Shown here: positions 47,911 through 60,600 of the stretch, piece after piece
How the letters are laid out: each line of letters starts with the position of its first letter
Position numbering within the stretch: position 1 is the stretch's first letter
DNA from: Proteromonas lacertae
Lineage: Eukaryota
Reading direction: 5' to 3'
DNA length: 64,000 bases
Assembly (NCBI GenBank): GCA_002245135.1
Contig: NGBS01000293.1
Location: 1 to 64,000 of the forward strand
Notes under the pieces: generated by a model
The model's input: the letters and a program-made list of their open reading frames with translations, nothing else
Told to the model about the DNA's origin: nothing
The model's database searches: none
Made by a program: the position numbers and the translations under genes

Positions 47911-49872
47911 TTATTCTCTTATTATCAGATTTTCTCCACTTTCACCTGTATTTTCATCTGAAGTCATTTCTATACTACTTTCTTCACTAGTTTCAGGACT
48001 AATTCTTCTATTTTTACATAGTTCGTGTTTATAACCATAAAATATCATTAATGAACTACATCCAAGTACAATTATTGATCCAACAGTGACTAAACTTATC
48101 AATAAAGCTGATGAATCTTCATTACTACTTATTTTATTAGATTGATTGAATTGTTCATCTTCATCTGTTATTTCTACATCAATTACTGTTGTAGTTAATT
48201 GTTCTAATGTAGTTGTTGGTATAGATGGTGTTGTTGTTATTTCTTCTTTTGCAGGAGTAGTAGTAGGAGGAGGAGGAGTTGTAGTTACTGCTGTTTCTAC
48301 TGTAGTTGTTGTTGTTAAATCAGGAGTAGTTATATCACAAACATTTTCATATTTAGGTGTTACATTCTCAAATTTTTCATAATTAATAACATTCAATTGA
48401 AAATCATAAAATGGCAAATCTGTATAATATATAATCGAACCATATCTAGAATATCCAAGTGACTTCATTGAAGGATATATTGAAAGAACATCTCCTGCTA
48501 TTATAGAATGGGTTCCATCTATTAAACTATTGCCATTTGTTGTTATATAACTTTCATCACTCACAATACCAACTTTAGATACACTAATAAAATAAGGTTC
48601 TATAGATGCACTAAAAGCTTTATCAAGATAAAAATAACTATTATTTAAACTAATACTTCCTTCTTTATATTCAGTAGATAGCAAACTTGGTTCACAAATT
48701 GATTTACAATGATTACCATATATTAGAGCACAATTTTTCTTTTTACTTACACAATCCTTTTCGAAATGAAATCTTACTTGTAAATAATTAGCAACTAATT
48801 TCAAATTGTCTAATGCTCTACACACAACACTTGATATACTTAAATATCTTTTTAATTTATCACCACCTGTAAATGTGTCATGTTTAGCCCAATTCAATAT
48901 TAAATCACCAAAACGAACGTCGATTAAACAATGATTAATTGTTAAGCCTTTATTCGCTAATATACTAATCATTGAGAAATAACTATCAGTTACCATTTCA
49001 TCATAATCTGTATATCTAAAACTACTTCTTACAATTATTAATGAATTATTCAATGTTATTTCAGAATTACTTCTATTCATAAATAATGCATAGAAAATAT
49101 CACCTTTAACATCAAAACTAATAGAATCTATGTCAATAACCACATAATTAAAATCTATATTCTCTATTGTTGTAAACATAATTCCATTACATGTTAGAAC
49201 AGAAGCAGTATGTATATTAATATTTCCACCTTTGATATATATTCCATTCCATGTTACTCGATTATCACTTGTAATTGTATTGCTTATTAAACTGAACAAT
49301 TGACTATTGTAACTATCTGTATATGTAATATCCATATCATCAAATGAAATTCCGACATCGTTTAATACGCTTGATGTAATTGTATTACTTAATATACTAC
49401 TTTTTCCTCCTTTTACTTGAATGATTACATTTTTATCAGCTATACATATGTGTAAACCATTAATTGTTGAATTCAATATTTCATTTGTTATACCTTTATT
49501 GATATATACCTTTCCATTATTTCCAATTGAAGAAATCTTAATATGTAAGTTAATTATTTCTATATTTACTAATTTTTCAAACAATCGAATTTCACTATAA
49601 GCATTTGGAGTTATTTCTAATACGGCATTATCTCCATCTCCAACAATTTTCGATACTGTAGGAGTTATAACCGACCAGCTATTCATATCAATTTTTACTT
49701 TTTCGCATATTTTAATCTCACCTTGATCCAACAACATATTCTTGAATTCCTCATTATCGTCAGATTGTAATTTACGGTTGACGATTCTTAGTGAATTAGT
49801 GCTACTGCTTCTGAGGCTAACATAAAATAGTATTGCCAATGGAATTAAGATGATGACTAATTCTAGCGCCAT
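47911..49872 (-). CDS. Variant surface protein family copy D (diverged); intronless type-I membrane protein
   Basis: 653-aa ORF alignable along its length with copy A (LTINHCLID.RFG, ANYLQ, SIYPSM, LPFYD, Thr-rich stalk, R.SPET tail). Confidence 0.87.
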   Translation of the reverse strand: MALELVIILIPLAILFYVSLRSSSTNSLRIVNRKLQSDDNEEFKNMLLDQGEIKICEKVKIDMNSWSVITPTVSKIVGDGDNAVLEITPNAYSEIRLFEKLVNIEIINLHIKISSIGNNGKVYINKGITNEILNSTINGLHICIADKNVIIQVKGGKSSILSNTITSSVLNDVGISFDDMDITYTDSYNSQLFSLISNTITSDNRVTWNGIYIKGGNINIHTASVLTCNGIMFTTIENIDFNYVVIDIDSISFDVKGDIFYALFMNRSNSEITLNNSLIIVRSSFRYTDYDEMVTDSYFSMISILANKGLTINHCLIDVRFGDLILNWAKHDTFTGGDKLKRYLSISSVVCRALDNLKLVANYLQVRFHFEKDCVSKKKNCALIYGNHCKSICEPSLLSTEYKEGSISLNNSYFYLDKAFSASIEPYFISVSKVGIVSDESYITTNGNSLIDGTHSIIAGDVLSIYPSMKSLGYSRYGSIIYYTDLPFYDFQLNVINYEKFENVTPKYENVCDITTPDLTTTTTVETAVTTTPPPPTTTPAKEEITTTPSIPTTTLEQLTTTVIDVEITDEDEQFNQSNKISSNEDSSALLISLVTVGSIIVLGCSSLMIFYGYKHELCKNRRISPETSEESSIEMTSDENTGESGENLIIRE

Positions 49873-50170
49873 TTCACAATTAATAAGATTTCGAAACGGA
49901 TCTATTTGCTAGATTAAAATATTTTTATATACATTCATATATACTATACATAATTGCTAAATGAATAGCTATAAAATAATATTTCATGAATATAAACTAT
50001 AATCTATTCAACTTTCTTCTTCTTCCAATTCAATGTTTAATTTAATAAGCTATGTATTTTATTCTTTAAAATTCTCAAAATATTTCCTAATTTGTGAATT
50101 ATTGTGAACTGCTAGTTTATTGACCTTTATTAATTGAAAAGAACATCTAACTACTATTATTATAATGTTC

Positions 50171-50629
50171 TTAAATAGTTGACATATCTGATATGATTAT
50201 ATGAAGACCATTTATTGTCGAACTCTCAACATATTTTATTATACTGTTACAAATGATTACTAAATTGCTATTATCAGAGAATTTAATTTCGATATTTATA
50301 TTCAATATTTCGATATTTTCAAGCTTTTCAAATAACTCAATAGAACCATACGTATCTGCATATACTTCTATTGTTGAATACTCACCATCACCGATTATTT
50401 TGGATACTTTTGGAGTTATTACTGACCAACTTGAAATATCAATTACACTTTTATTACATAATTTTATTTCACCACTACTCATTAACATATTCCTAAACTC
50501 TTTATTGTTATTTGAATCTAAACTGCGACTTTCTTGACTTTTAGAATTACCGTCAAAATACTGAATACTAAATAAAAATAGTATTAACAACATGACAGAA
50601 GCAATGGTTAACGCTGTTGATAAATTCAT
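50171..50629 (-). pseudogene. Truncated variant surface protein copy E (N-terminal 152 aa only)
   Basis: Has its own signal peptide. 50268-50488 is the reverse complement of 38293-38513. It then diverges and stops, with no TM segment. Confidence 0.75.
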
Positions 50630-50750
50630 TTTGTAAAACGGATATTTTTTGGTATTTTTTTAATTGTGTGATTCAATCATTCATTCATTGTTTATTATAG
50701 ATATATTATCATGAAAATTTCAAAATACATATATTTATATAACCTATTGT

Positions 50751-51823
50751 TTAAGAAGTTAAGGCCGATCTTCGATTATCTTGACTAACTTTTTCTAAAC
50801 GACTTCTATTAAATCTTGGAGGTTGAAGACTTTCATTTGTTCTAGCCAACTCACTTTTCTCAAACTGATTCTGTTTATTCTCTAAACTTATTATCACATT
50901 TTTATTTCTTAATAATAATTTACTACTATCAATCTGTCTTTGTTTTATATGTTCTTTTCTTCTTCCATCTATTCTTTTCAATAATCCTTTCATCTCAATC
51001 TCTTGTTGTCTTCTCAATCCATTCTCTTTCTTTCGAATTAATTCTAAGTTGTTTTCTTCCATCTTTATTCTTTCTTCTTTTTCCATTTCATCTGCAATCT
51101 TCTTCACTCTTTGAGCTTCACTGTATTCTTTCGCTTTAGCTAATACATTTTCACGCTTTCTCCAATCTAATAGTTCTTTAGTAAATTTTGGTGGTCTATT
51201 AGCTACCATTTCTTTTAATTCACTTTGTAGTTCCTTTAATTCACGACTATGTCTGTCATTCATTCTCTGTATATACATTTGAGCCATACCATCAAATTCT
51301 CTCATATATTTATCCCAATTGTAATTAAATTCTGCAAACTGGAAATTGTGACTTAATTGAACATTTTGTCTTTCTACTAAGTTATATGCATTTATTGATT
51401 TTTGTTGTCTTGATTCTTCTTGTTTTTTGAGTGTTTTGATTTGTGTTTCTGCTTTGGCTGCTTCTAGATAATTTCCTTCTGTTTCACATTTTACTCTGTA
51501 TGCTTCTAATACTTCTAAAAATTTAACTACTTTTGGATCAGCTCCAACAATTAAATCATCTATTTAAAGGCCATTAAATATAAAATATACCTTCAACAGG
51601 TGGTCTATCTAGAATTGCACAACAATCAGGATATGTGATTCTTCCTTCTCGTTCTGGATCTATTTTTTCTACTAAATTCTCAGCTTCTTCAGGATCTCTT
51701 CCTACAGCCTCGTATAACCGTGGTAAATCACTACTTGGTATTGAATTATATTGTTCAGGATCTAGTTCATTAAATATTTCTAAGAATTATTATTACAATG
51801 ATAATACGTTTTACTCTATCCAT
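50751..51823 (-). CDS. Coiled-coil hypothetical protein, 3 exons
   Basis: ATG 51823 and two short introns give FLEVLEAYRVKCETEGNYLEA...PPKFTKELLDWRKRENVLAKAKEYSEAQRVK, highly charged and helical. Confidence 0.75.
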
Positions 51824-51937
51824 ATTATATATATTTATATTATTTTAAATAAATTACAAGTATATAAGGAGAAAAATAGATTTGAAAAATAAAAAACGTT
51901 TGAGCTTGAATTGTGTCAAATCTCTTCTATTTTTCTT

Positions 51938-53025
51938 ATGGCTTTTAATCCTCAACTAAGTGCTCCTGGTATATTTTGACCTTATAAAATTTAGAAGGAT
52001 TACCTGCGTGGTTTCCTAACGAGGTTTACTTTTGTCAGCGAGATAAAATGACTTTTAAAGGTGATATACCAGGGTATCTTTCATTATTTTTTGTATATTT
52101 AGTTTTGGTAAATGTAAATATGATGGCTATGTTGTTTTAACAAATTATAGAATAGTGTTTGTTGCTAAACCAGCAAAAGGCAACTTCTCAGCATTTGTAT
52201 TAATTGAAAATATTATTAATAGGATATACCCCTTATGAATGTTTTCGATGAATCATTTGAACAACCAATATTTGGTGCAAATTACATATTTGTTAAATGC
52301 AATCCTGTTAGTAGTGGAGGAATAACAGGACCAAGTGAAATCAAGTTAATATTCAACGGTGGTGGATGCAACAATTTCTTGCCTCGTTTTGCTAAATTAA
52401 TGGATGTAGTACACTCTACAAGAAATCAAACATTTAATACCATTCCAACATCCATTAAACAAACATATAATAGTTATAGTTTTGCTTTACAACCTACCGC
52501 TATAAGTGATCCTTCAGATCCAACAACAGTGTATGTTTCATTACCACCATCAGCTGTTAAAGCAAATGTATATAACATTATTATTATATTAATTTCTAGA
52601 ATGTTCCTCAGAATTATCCTCATCCTAACTTTATTCCACCAGAACCATCATACATGCCACCACAACCACAACAACAGTATCCACAACCACAGACACAATA
52701 TACACAACCACCTCCTCCTCAGTATCAATATCAACAACCTCAACAATATCCTGCAAGTAGTACTTATCAGCCAGCACCACCAATATACCAACAACAACCA
52801 CCTATGCAACAATATCACTATCAACAACAGCCACCAATTGGTGTTGATTTTAATACTCCTCCTAGTGGGTATCCTCAGCCTCAACAGTATCCAGGAGGTA
52901 TTCCACAACCCCAACAACAATATAATCCTACTGTTGTTCAATTACCAACTAATGGTGGAATTTATCAACCAAGACAAACCACTACACAAAATCAACAAGA
53001 TAATCCATATTTTAAATCATATTAA
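51938..53025 (+). CDS. WBP2/WBP2NL-like GRAM (PH-like) domain protein with Pro/Gln/Tyr-rich tail
   Basis: MAFNPQL, GYVVLTNYRIVFV, DIPL...FEQPIFGANYI and FNGGGC motifs. Tail contains PPPPQY and PPSGY. Confidence 0.85.
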
Positions 53026-53115
53026 ATGGAAATTAATGAATAAATTATTAATTGTTGTTTTATGTATATAACCCAAACAAAATGTAAGTTATATTAGTAA
53101 ATATACCACATTAGT

Positions 53116-53494
53116 TTAAAAAGTTCCTCCCTGATAACCAATGTCACTTCCTTTAAGTGAGAAAAATTCAATATAATATCTATCACTTGGGATATTAAAT
53201 GCTTCAGACAAATGTTTTGCAATTTCACTACTTAAATTTTCATTAACTTTTGGGCTTAATCCTCCATAAGACATTAAATGAATTTGAGCTGCTGGATCTG
53301 CAGTTCCACCAAATATAACACACTGTCCAGGCATAAGACAAACATTTACATATCTAATAATCTATAAAATCTATTAATTTATACGATTCTGGCTTACCTA
53401 AACATTTTGCAACAGTAGCTGAACATTTCTTTACAAATGCATCGCATGCAGCTTTATCTGCAGCTACATTGGTTATTACACGAAGGAGTGGCAT
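53116..53494 (-). CDS. MIF: Macrophage migration inhibitory factor / phenylpyruvate tautomerase homolog
   Basis: Removing intron 53354-53384 gives MPLLRVITNV...LGKPESYVNV...FGGTADPAA...SYGGLSPKVN...IPSDRYYIEF...IGYQGGTF, with the catalytic Pro1 and the GKP lysine. Confidence 0.95.
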
Positions 53495-53949
53495 TTAAAT
53501 CTAAAAAAGAAAAATAGAAATTTCTTTGAGGCTAACTTTGTATTAGTTTATCTAATTAACAACTTCACAAAAAATAAAACAGTGTAATTAGAGTGGATTA
53601 AACGTTCAATTAACTCATAAACTATTTTTCATTTTCATGAATTATTTTCCTATAAAAATGCTGTGTTTTCTTTTTTAATGTATATTTTCACTTTTTTCTA
53701 TCCTTCGGATGTATTACAACTACACTGAGTTTCATATTCATTAAAATATTCAAATTAATTCATTGCCTATAAAAAACAACTTTGTAAAGAGTGTTAAATA
53801 CAAAAATAAAAGTGTAGCTCAAATGTAGCTTGGCTTGATAGATTTGATTTCAATTTCAAATTTTTCACATTAGTCACGAAGTATAAATAAAATTACATCT
53901 AAATCCATTCTATTGAATCTATTTTATACTGAATATAGGAAATACCTCA

Positions 53950-56458
53950 ATGCAAAACATAGACGTGGCTTATATTGAAAATTTATGTACAAAGCTGTAC
54001 AATTCAGCTGACACAAAATCAGCTAATGAGGCGCAAGCAGAATTAGTAAAACTAATATCCACTCCGGAGTTTATTCCCAAATGTCAGTATATTAATTCAT
54101 CTTCTATTTTAGAATGATACTTAACACATCCACGAATGATTATGCACTTTCTTTAGCAGGTAAAGCCTTAACAAATTTAATCACAACTAACTGGAACAGT
54201 TTTACAGAAGAACAAAAAGCTGATATTCGTATATAATACAACTATAATAAAATAGAAAGATATATAATTGATTATTTAGTAAAAAACTGTGGAAAAATGA
54301 AATCTTTTGTTTCATCATCTTTAATCCAATTATATTGTCGTGTAGCAAAGTTAGGTTGGAATGGTGGCAAGGGTATGGCAGATGTAGTAACAACTGTAAG
54401 TAAATTTATGGATGGAACTGTGGCTCATAAGATAATAGGAATGAATATATTCAGTGATTTAGTACAAGAAATTGATACTCCAGCACATCGTATATAGTTA
54501 TTTATTTATTTTATTAATTAATAGAGCCAAGTACACCTGAAAGTAGAAAAATCGCTTATTATTTCAGAGAATCTCATTTATTAGATGTATTTAAAGCAGG
54601 AATCAATGTGTTACAAGAAATAAAATTAGGAGGATTAGAAATTACTAAACCAGAAGAAGAAGTATTTAATATATATATATATATATAATAAATAGATTAA
54701 TCTAGCTCACAATGCATTACAATTAATCCATCATTGTCTCTCCTTCGATTTCATAGGTACTAATCCAGATGAATCAGGAATGGAGACAGGTGCAGTTTAT
54801 ATTCCACTCAGTTGGAGAGATGTGATTCAAGATCCAGGTACATTGTTATTATTCAGTGATTTATACTTCAAATATGAATCACCTATTACTGCACAGATCT
54901 TAGAATGTCTAATCTACTTAGCATCAGTAAGAAGAACAGTATTTAGAGATGCAGCTGCAAGGAATGAATTTTTAGTATCTTTAATGAAGACAATAGGTAG
55001 TATTATTAATTCACAGTATGGTTTAGATGATAGTGATACTTATCATATGTTGTGTAGATTATTAGGAAGATTAAAAGGAAATAATCAATTATCTGATTTG
55101 GTATATTTAGAAGGTTATGACAAATGGATTACCTTAGTTGGTGATTTTACTATTAAGTCACTGGAACATTGGGAAAGTTGTGAAAATAGTATTCAATACT
55201 TATTAACCTTATGGAATCAACTAGTATCAGCTGTACCAGTATTGAAATCAACCACTAATGATGATGTAAACACACTCTTTGATGGAATTGTTCCAAGGAT
55301 TGTAGAATCATATATAACTAATAGATTAGCAAGTGTTGAAATAATTCAGAATAATAATTTAGATGATCCTCTTGAACATATTGATAATATCTTAACAGAG
55401 ATGAAACAATTGCCATCTATATTCAGATATAATTATAAAAAATCAGCTCAATTCATTAGCACCGTTTTCAAACCATTGTCATTACAGTTAAACCAAAAAT
55501 TAATAGAATTAGCACGAAATGATACTATTCAGTTACAAGCTGAGATTCGAATAGTGGAAGGTAAACTAACATGGTTAATTAATATTATTGGAGCAGTAAT
55601 AGCTGGTCAATCCTTTGTAATCAGTGACAAAAACACTGGTGATGAAATAATTGATGCTGATCTATGTAGTTGTGCTTTTAGTATTTTAGAATCAATCGAT
55701 TATCGATTAACATACTCGAAAGGAAGCTCGAAATGTGATCCAAGATTAGAATTAGGTTTGTTATTCTTCTTTAAGAAGTTTAGACAAGCTTATAGTGCAG
55801 ATCAATATAGTTATGTTAATACAAATTTTGGATCGAATGATTTCAGTTATAAATATTCAATGTTTCAAACTATGTTTGACAGATTAGGTTTAGGTGATCA
55901 TAAAAGTGTAATGAATAAAATAATAGAGAAAATAATTCATAACTTCCAGTTTTGGCCTGAAAATATGGATATAATAAGAGATTCCATATTAGTGTTTAAT
56001 GAATTAGCCCAAGGATACAGTAGTGGAAAATTATTATTAACACTTGACCCTATAAAGAATCTATTGATTAACCATACTCAATCAACTTTCCCATTCTTAA
56101 CTTATAATTGTAATATGAAATATAGAATGTTATACTACGCTGGTTTGGGTAGATTAGTGTTTTTAGAAGGAAATGATTCCACTTATCAACCATTCTTTCA
56201 ACCATTTATTAACATAATGAATGAATTAACAAAGACTGATTTAAGTCAACAAAATAATAATAATAATATTCAAAGTGTTTTGGTTGGTTTATTTAGAGAT
56301 TGGAGAGGTATATTATCTAGTGCATCATCTTCCTCTTTTTATTCATATGTATATGAGATATTAAAACCTTATTTTGGACTATTTAATGAAGTTTCAAAAT
56401 ATTTTTATAATAATATGGAAGTATCTTCATCATTGTTTAAATTCCTCATTGAATTGGC

Positions 56459-56494
<36 letters not shown>

Positions 56495-57496
56495 ATAATA
56501 GATGTAATAAACAATCTCGTATTAGATTCAATTCCTCAAGTGCTGATGGTATTATTCTATTTAAAGAATGTTCAAATATAATGACAACTTATGGATCTGC
56601 AATATTACAATTAAAACAACAATTAGGAACAGTATGTTATATATATTATTATTATTATTGTTATTATATATATAGAACGATACTCCAACGGATTATTTAA
56701 AAAGTGTTCGTTATTATTTGCAATTATTAATCACCACTTTAATCGGAGATTATACTAATTTTGGTGTATTTCATTTATATAATGATCCTTGTCTTGATAA
56801 TGCAATAAAGTGTTCATTTTCGTTGGTGTTCTCAGTAAGATTTGAAGAATTACTAGTATTATATATATATATATATATATATTGAATAGTTGTTTCCAAA
56901 AGAGAGTTATACATATTTCAATTATATAGAAATATTATTCAGAAATCACATGGATATATTAACATCATTAAGTGTAGAAGTATTCGGTAGAATATTAGAA
57001 ACATTACAATTTGGTTTAAAAGCAATCGATACTCAGATCGTGACAAAAGCTTGTTCAACTTTGAATAATTTAGGTACTTTATATTATACGAATAGAAATA
57101 AGAATGATCAAACTATGATGTTTCTTAGATCAATAATACCTGAAAATGGACAAGTTTGGGCTGTCTTACTGTTTTCACTATTTCAAGTGTATTTGTTTGA
57201 TAATGATATCAAGAATCAATGGCAAATATCTCGACCAATGCTTCCATTTATATTAATTAATAAACAAGTATCATATTATATATATATATATATTATAGTC
57301 TTTACTTACATGTAAGACATTATTGATGAATACTCAACCTGAAGATATTCAAATACGTTTACAAAGATCGTTTGAGACACTATTAAAAGATTTTCCAACT
57401 AATTTAGATGCAGAGAGTAGAGAAATTTTTACAACAAAAGCAAATGAATTTAGAACAGAAGTTAAAAAATACATTCATAGTGCTTCAATTTATTAA
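53950..57496 (+). CDS. XPO7: Exportin-7 / RanBP16
   Basis: IENLCTKLY, KLGW, LSFDFIGT, ASVRR, CRLLGRLK.N.QL, EGKLTWL, SRIRF..SSADGIILFKE, YTNFGVF.LY.D and QWQISRPML motifs. All exons join in frame. Confidence 0.95.
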
Positions 57497-57677
57497 GTTT
57501 GTATTATATATATATATATATATAATGATAATAATAATAATGTTTGTTATTCACATGGATGACATAAAAATAACAATACACATAAATACATCAAATTAGG
57601 TTTGAAGAAAACATAACAGCTATATTTGATCTTTTTTTTTATTGTAATCTAACAGTAGAAATCGTATATAATAAATA

Positions 57678-60600
57678 ATGGAATCTAAGTATCTTTTTGA
57701 TTAATATTATGTTAGATATAATGATAGAAGTGAGGGCAAGTCATCTGATGATACTGGAAGTAAATTTGTAATCGAAGACTTGTTTGAAGAAGACGGAAAG
57801 AGTAATGATAATTTCGGTATAACAAGATCTAGAGCAGGTGGTGGTGATAGTAAATCAAATGATTTTAACAATAATAAATCCATCTCATCGTTTAAAGAAG
57901 GAGATAAAATCGAAGCCAGATATCATGGTGGTGCTAGATGGTTTAAAGGCGAGATAAGTCGAGATAATCGAGATGGAACATATGATATTCGATATGATGA
58001 TGGAGATCGAGAGAGTTATGTAAAATCAGATTGTATAAGAAAAATTGGAGGTGGTGATGACAGAGTTGTGCTACCTAGCAGCTCATCTTCTTCATTTAGA
58101 GAAGGTGATAAGATTGAAGCTCGATATCATGGTGGAGCCAGATGGTTTAAAGGCGAGATAAGTCGAGATAATCGAGATGGAACATATGATATTCGATATG
58201 ATGATGGAGATCGAGAGACGTTGATAACAAATCAGATTGTATAAGAAAAATTGGAGGTGGTAGTAGACAGAGTGTGCTACTAGCAGCTCATCTTCTTCAT
58301 TTAGAGAAGGTGATAAGATTGAAGCTCGATATCATGGTGGAGCCAGATGGTTTAAAGGCGAGATAAGTCGAGATAATCGAGATGGAACATATGATATTCG
58401 ATATGATGATGGAGATCGAGAGAGTTATGTAAAATCAGATTGTATAAGAAAAATAGTGATAAAGAAAAAACAAGTCATGAAAGATAAATGAAGCTCGATA
58501 TCATGGTGGAGCCAGATGGTTTAAAGGCGAGATAAGTCGAGATAATCGAGATGGAACATATGATATTCGATATGATGATGGAGATCGAGAGAGTTATGTA
58601 AAATCAGATTGTATAAGAAAAATAGGTGGATTAGAAGAAAAACCAACAAGTTCTTCATTGTTTAAAGAAGGTGATAAGATTGAAGCTCGATATCATGGTG
58701 GAGCCAGATGGTTTAAAGGCGAGATAAGTCGCCAAAATTTAGATGGAACATTCAACATAAGATATGATGATGGTGATGAAGAACGTGGAATAACAAAAGA
58801 CTTAATTCGAAAAGTGGGTGGTAGTAACACAACAGCTAGTACATCATCCTCTTCATTTAGAGAAGGTGATAAGATTGAAGCTCGATATCATGGTGGAGCC
58901 AGATGGTTTAAAGGCGAGATAAGTCGAGATAATCGAGATGGAACATATGATATTCGATATGATGATGGAGATCGAGAGAGTTATGTAAAATCAGATTGTA
59001 TAAGAAAGATTGGAGGTGGTGATAGTAATGAATCATCTACTTCGTCATTCCGAGAAGGAGATAAGATCGAAGCCAGATATCATGGTGGAGCCAGATGGTT
59101 TAAAGGCGAGATAAGTCGAGATAATCGAGATGGAACATATGATATTCGATATGATGATGGAGATCGAGAGAGTTATGTAAAATCAGATTGTATAAGAAAA
59201 ATAGGTGGATTAGAAGAAAAACCAACAAGTTCTTCATTGTTTAAAGAAGGTGATAAGATTGAAGCTCGATATCATGGTGGAGCCAGATGGTTTAAAGGCG
59301 AGATAAGTCGAGATAATCGAGATGGAACATATGATATTCGATATGATGATGGAGATCGAGAGAGTTATGTAAAATCAGATTGTATAAGAAAAATAGGTGG
59401 ATTAGAAGAAAAACCAACAAGTTCTTCATTGTTTAAAGAAGGTGATAAGATTGAAGCTCGATATCATGGTGGAGCCAGATGGTTTAAAGGCGAGATAAGT
59501 CGAGATAATCGAGATGGAACATATGATATTCGATATGATGATGGAGATCGAGAGAGTTATGTAAAATCAGATTGTATAAGAAAAATAGGTGGATTAGAAG
59601 AAAAACCAACAAGTTCTTCATTGTTTAAAGAAGGTGATAAGATTGAAGCTCGATATCATGGTGGAGCCAGATGGTTTAAAGGCGAGATAAGTCGAGATAA
59701 TCGAGATGGAACATATGATATTCGATATGATGATGGAGATCGAGAGAGTTATGTAAAATCAGATTGTATAAGAAAAATAGGTGGATTAGAAGAAAAACCA
59801 ACAAGTTCTTCATTGTTTAAAGAAGGTGATAAGATTGAAGCTCGATATCATGGTGGAGCCAGATGGTTTAAAGGCGAGATAAGTCGAGATAATCGAGATG
59901 GAACATATGATATTCGATATGATGATGGAGATCGAGAGAGTTATGTAAAATCAGATTGTATAAGAAAAATAGGTGGATTAGAAGAAAAACCAACAAGTTC
60001 TTCATTGTTTAAAGAAGGTGATAAGATTGAAGCTCGATATCATGGTGGAGCCAGATGGTTTAAAGGCGAGATAAGTCGAGATAATCGAGATGGAACATAT
60101 GATATTCGATATGATGATGGAGATCGAGAGAGTTATGTAAAATCAGATTGTATAAGAAAAATAGGTGGATTAGAAGAAAAACCAACAAGTTCTTCATTGT
60201 TTAAAGAAGGTGATAAGATTGAAGCTCGATATCATGGTGGAGCCAGATGGTTTAAAGGCGAGATAAGTCGAGATAATCGAGATGGAACATATGATATTCG
60301 ATATGATGATGGAGATCGAGAGAGTTATGTAAAATCAGATTGTATAAGAAAGATTGGAGGTGGTGATAGTAATGAATCATCTACTTCGTCATTCCGAGAA
60401 GGAGATAAGATCGAAGCCAGATATCATGGTGGAGCCAGATGGTTTAAAGGCGAGATAAGTCGAGATAATCGAGATGGAACATATGATATTCGATATGATG
60501 ATGGAGATCGAGAGAGTTATGTAAAATCAGATTGTATAAGAAAAATAGGTGGATTAGAAGAAAAACCAACAAGTTCTTCATTGTTTAAAGAAGGTGATAA

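Noticed and set aside
58215..58490. Tudor-array gene as a pseudogene
   Set aside because: Scattered multi-base dropouts in linkers between perfect units look like low-quality consensus, and the following 5.5 kb is open. Needs read-level confirmation.
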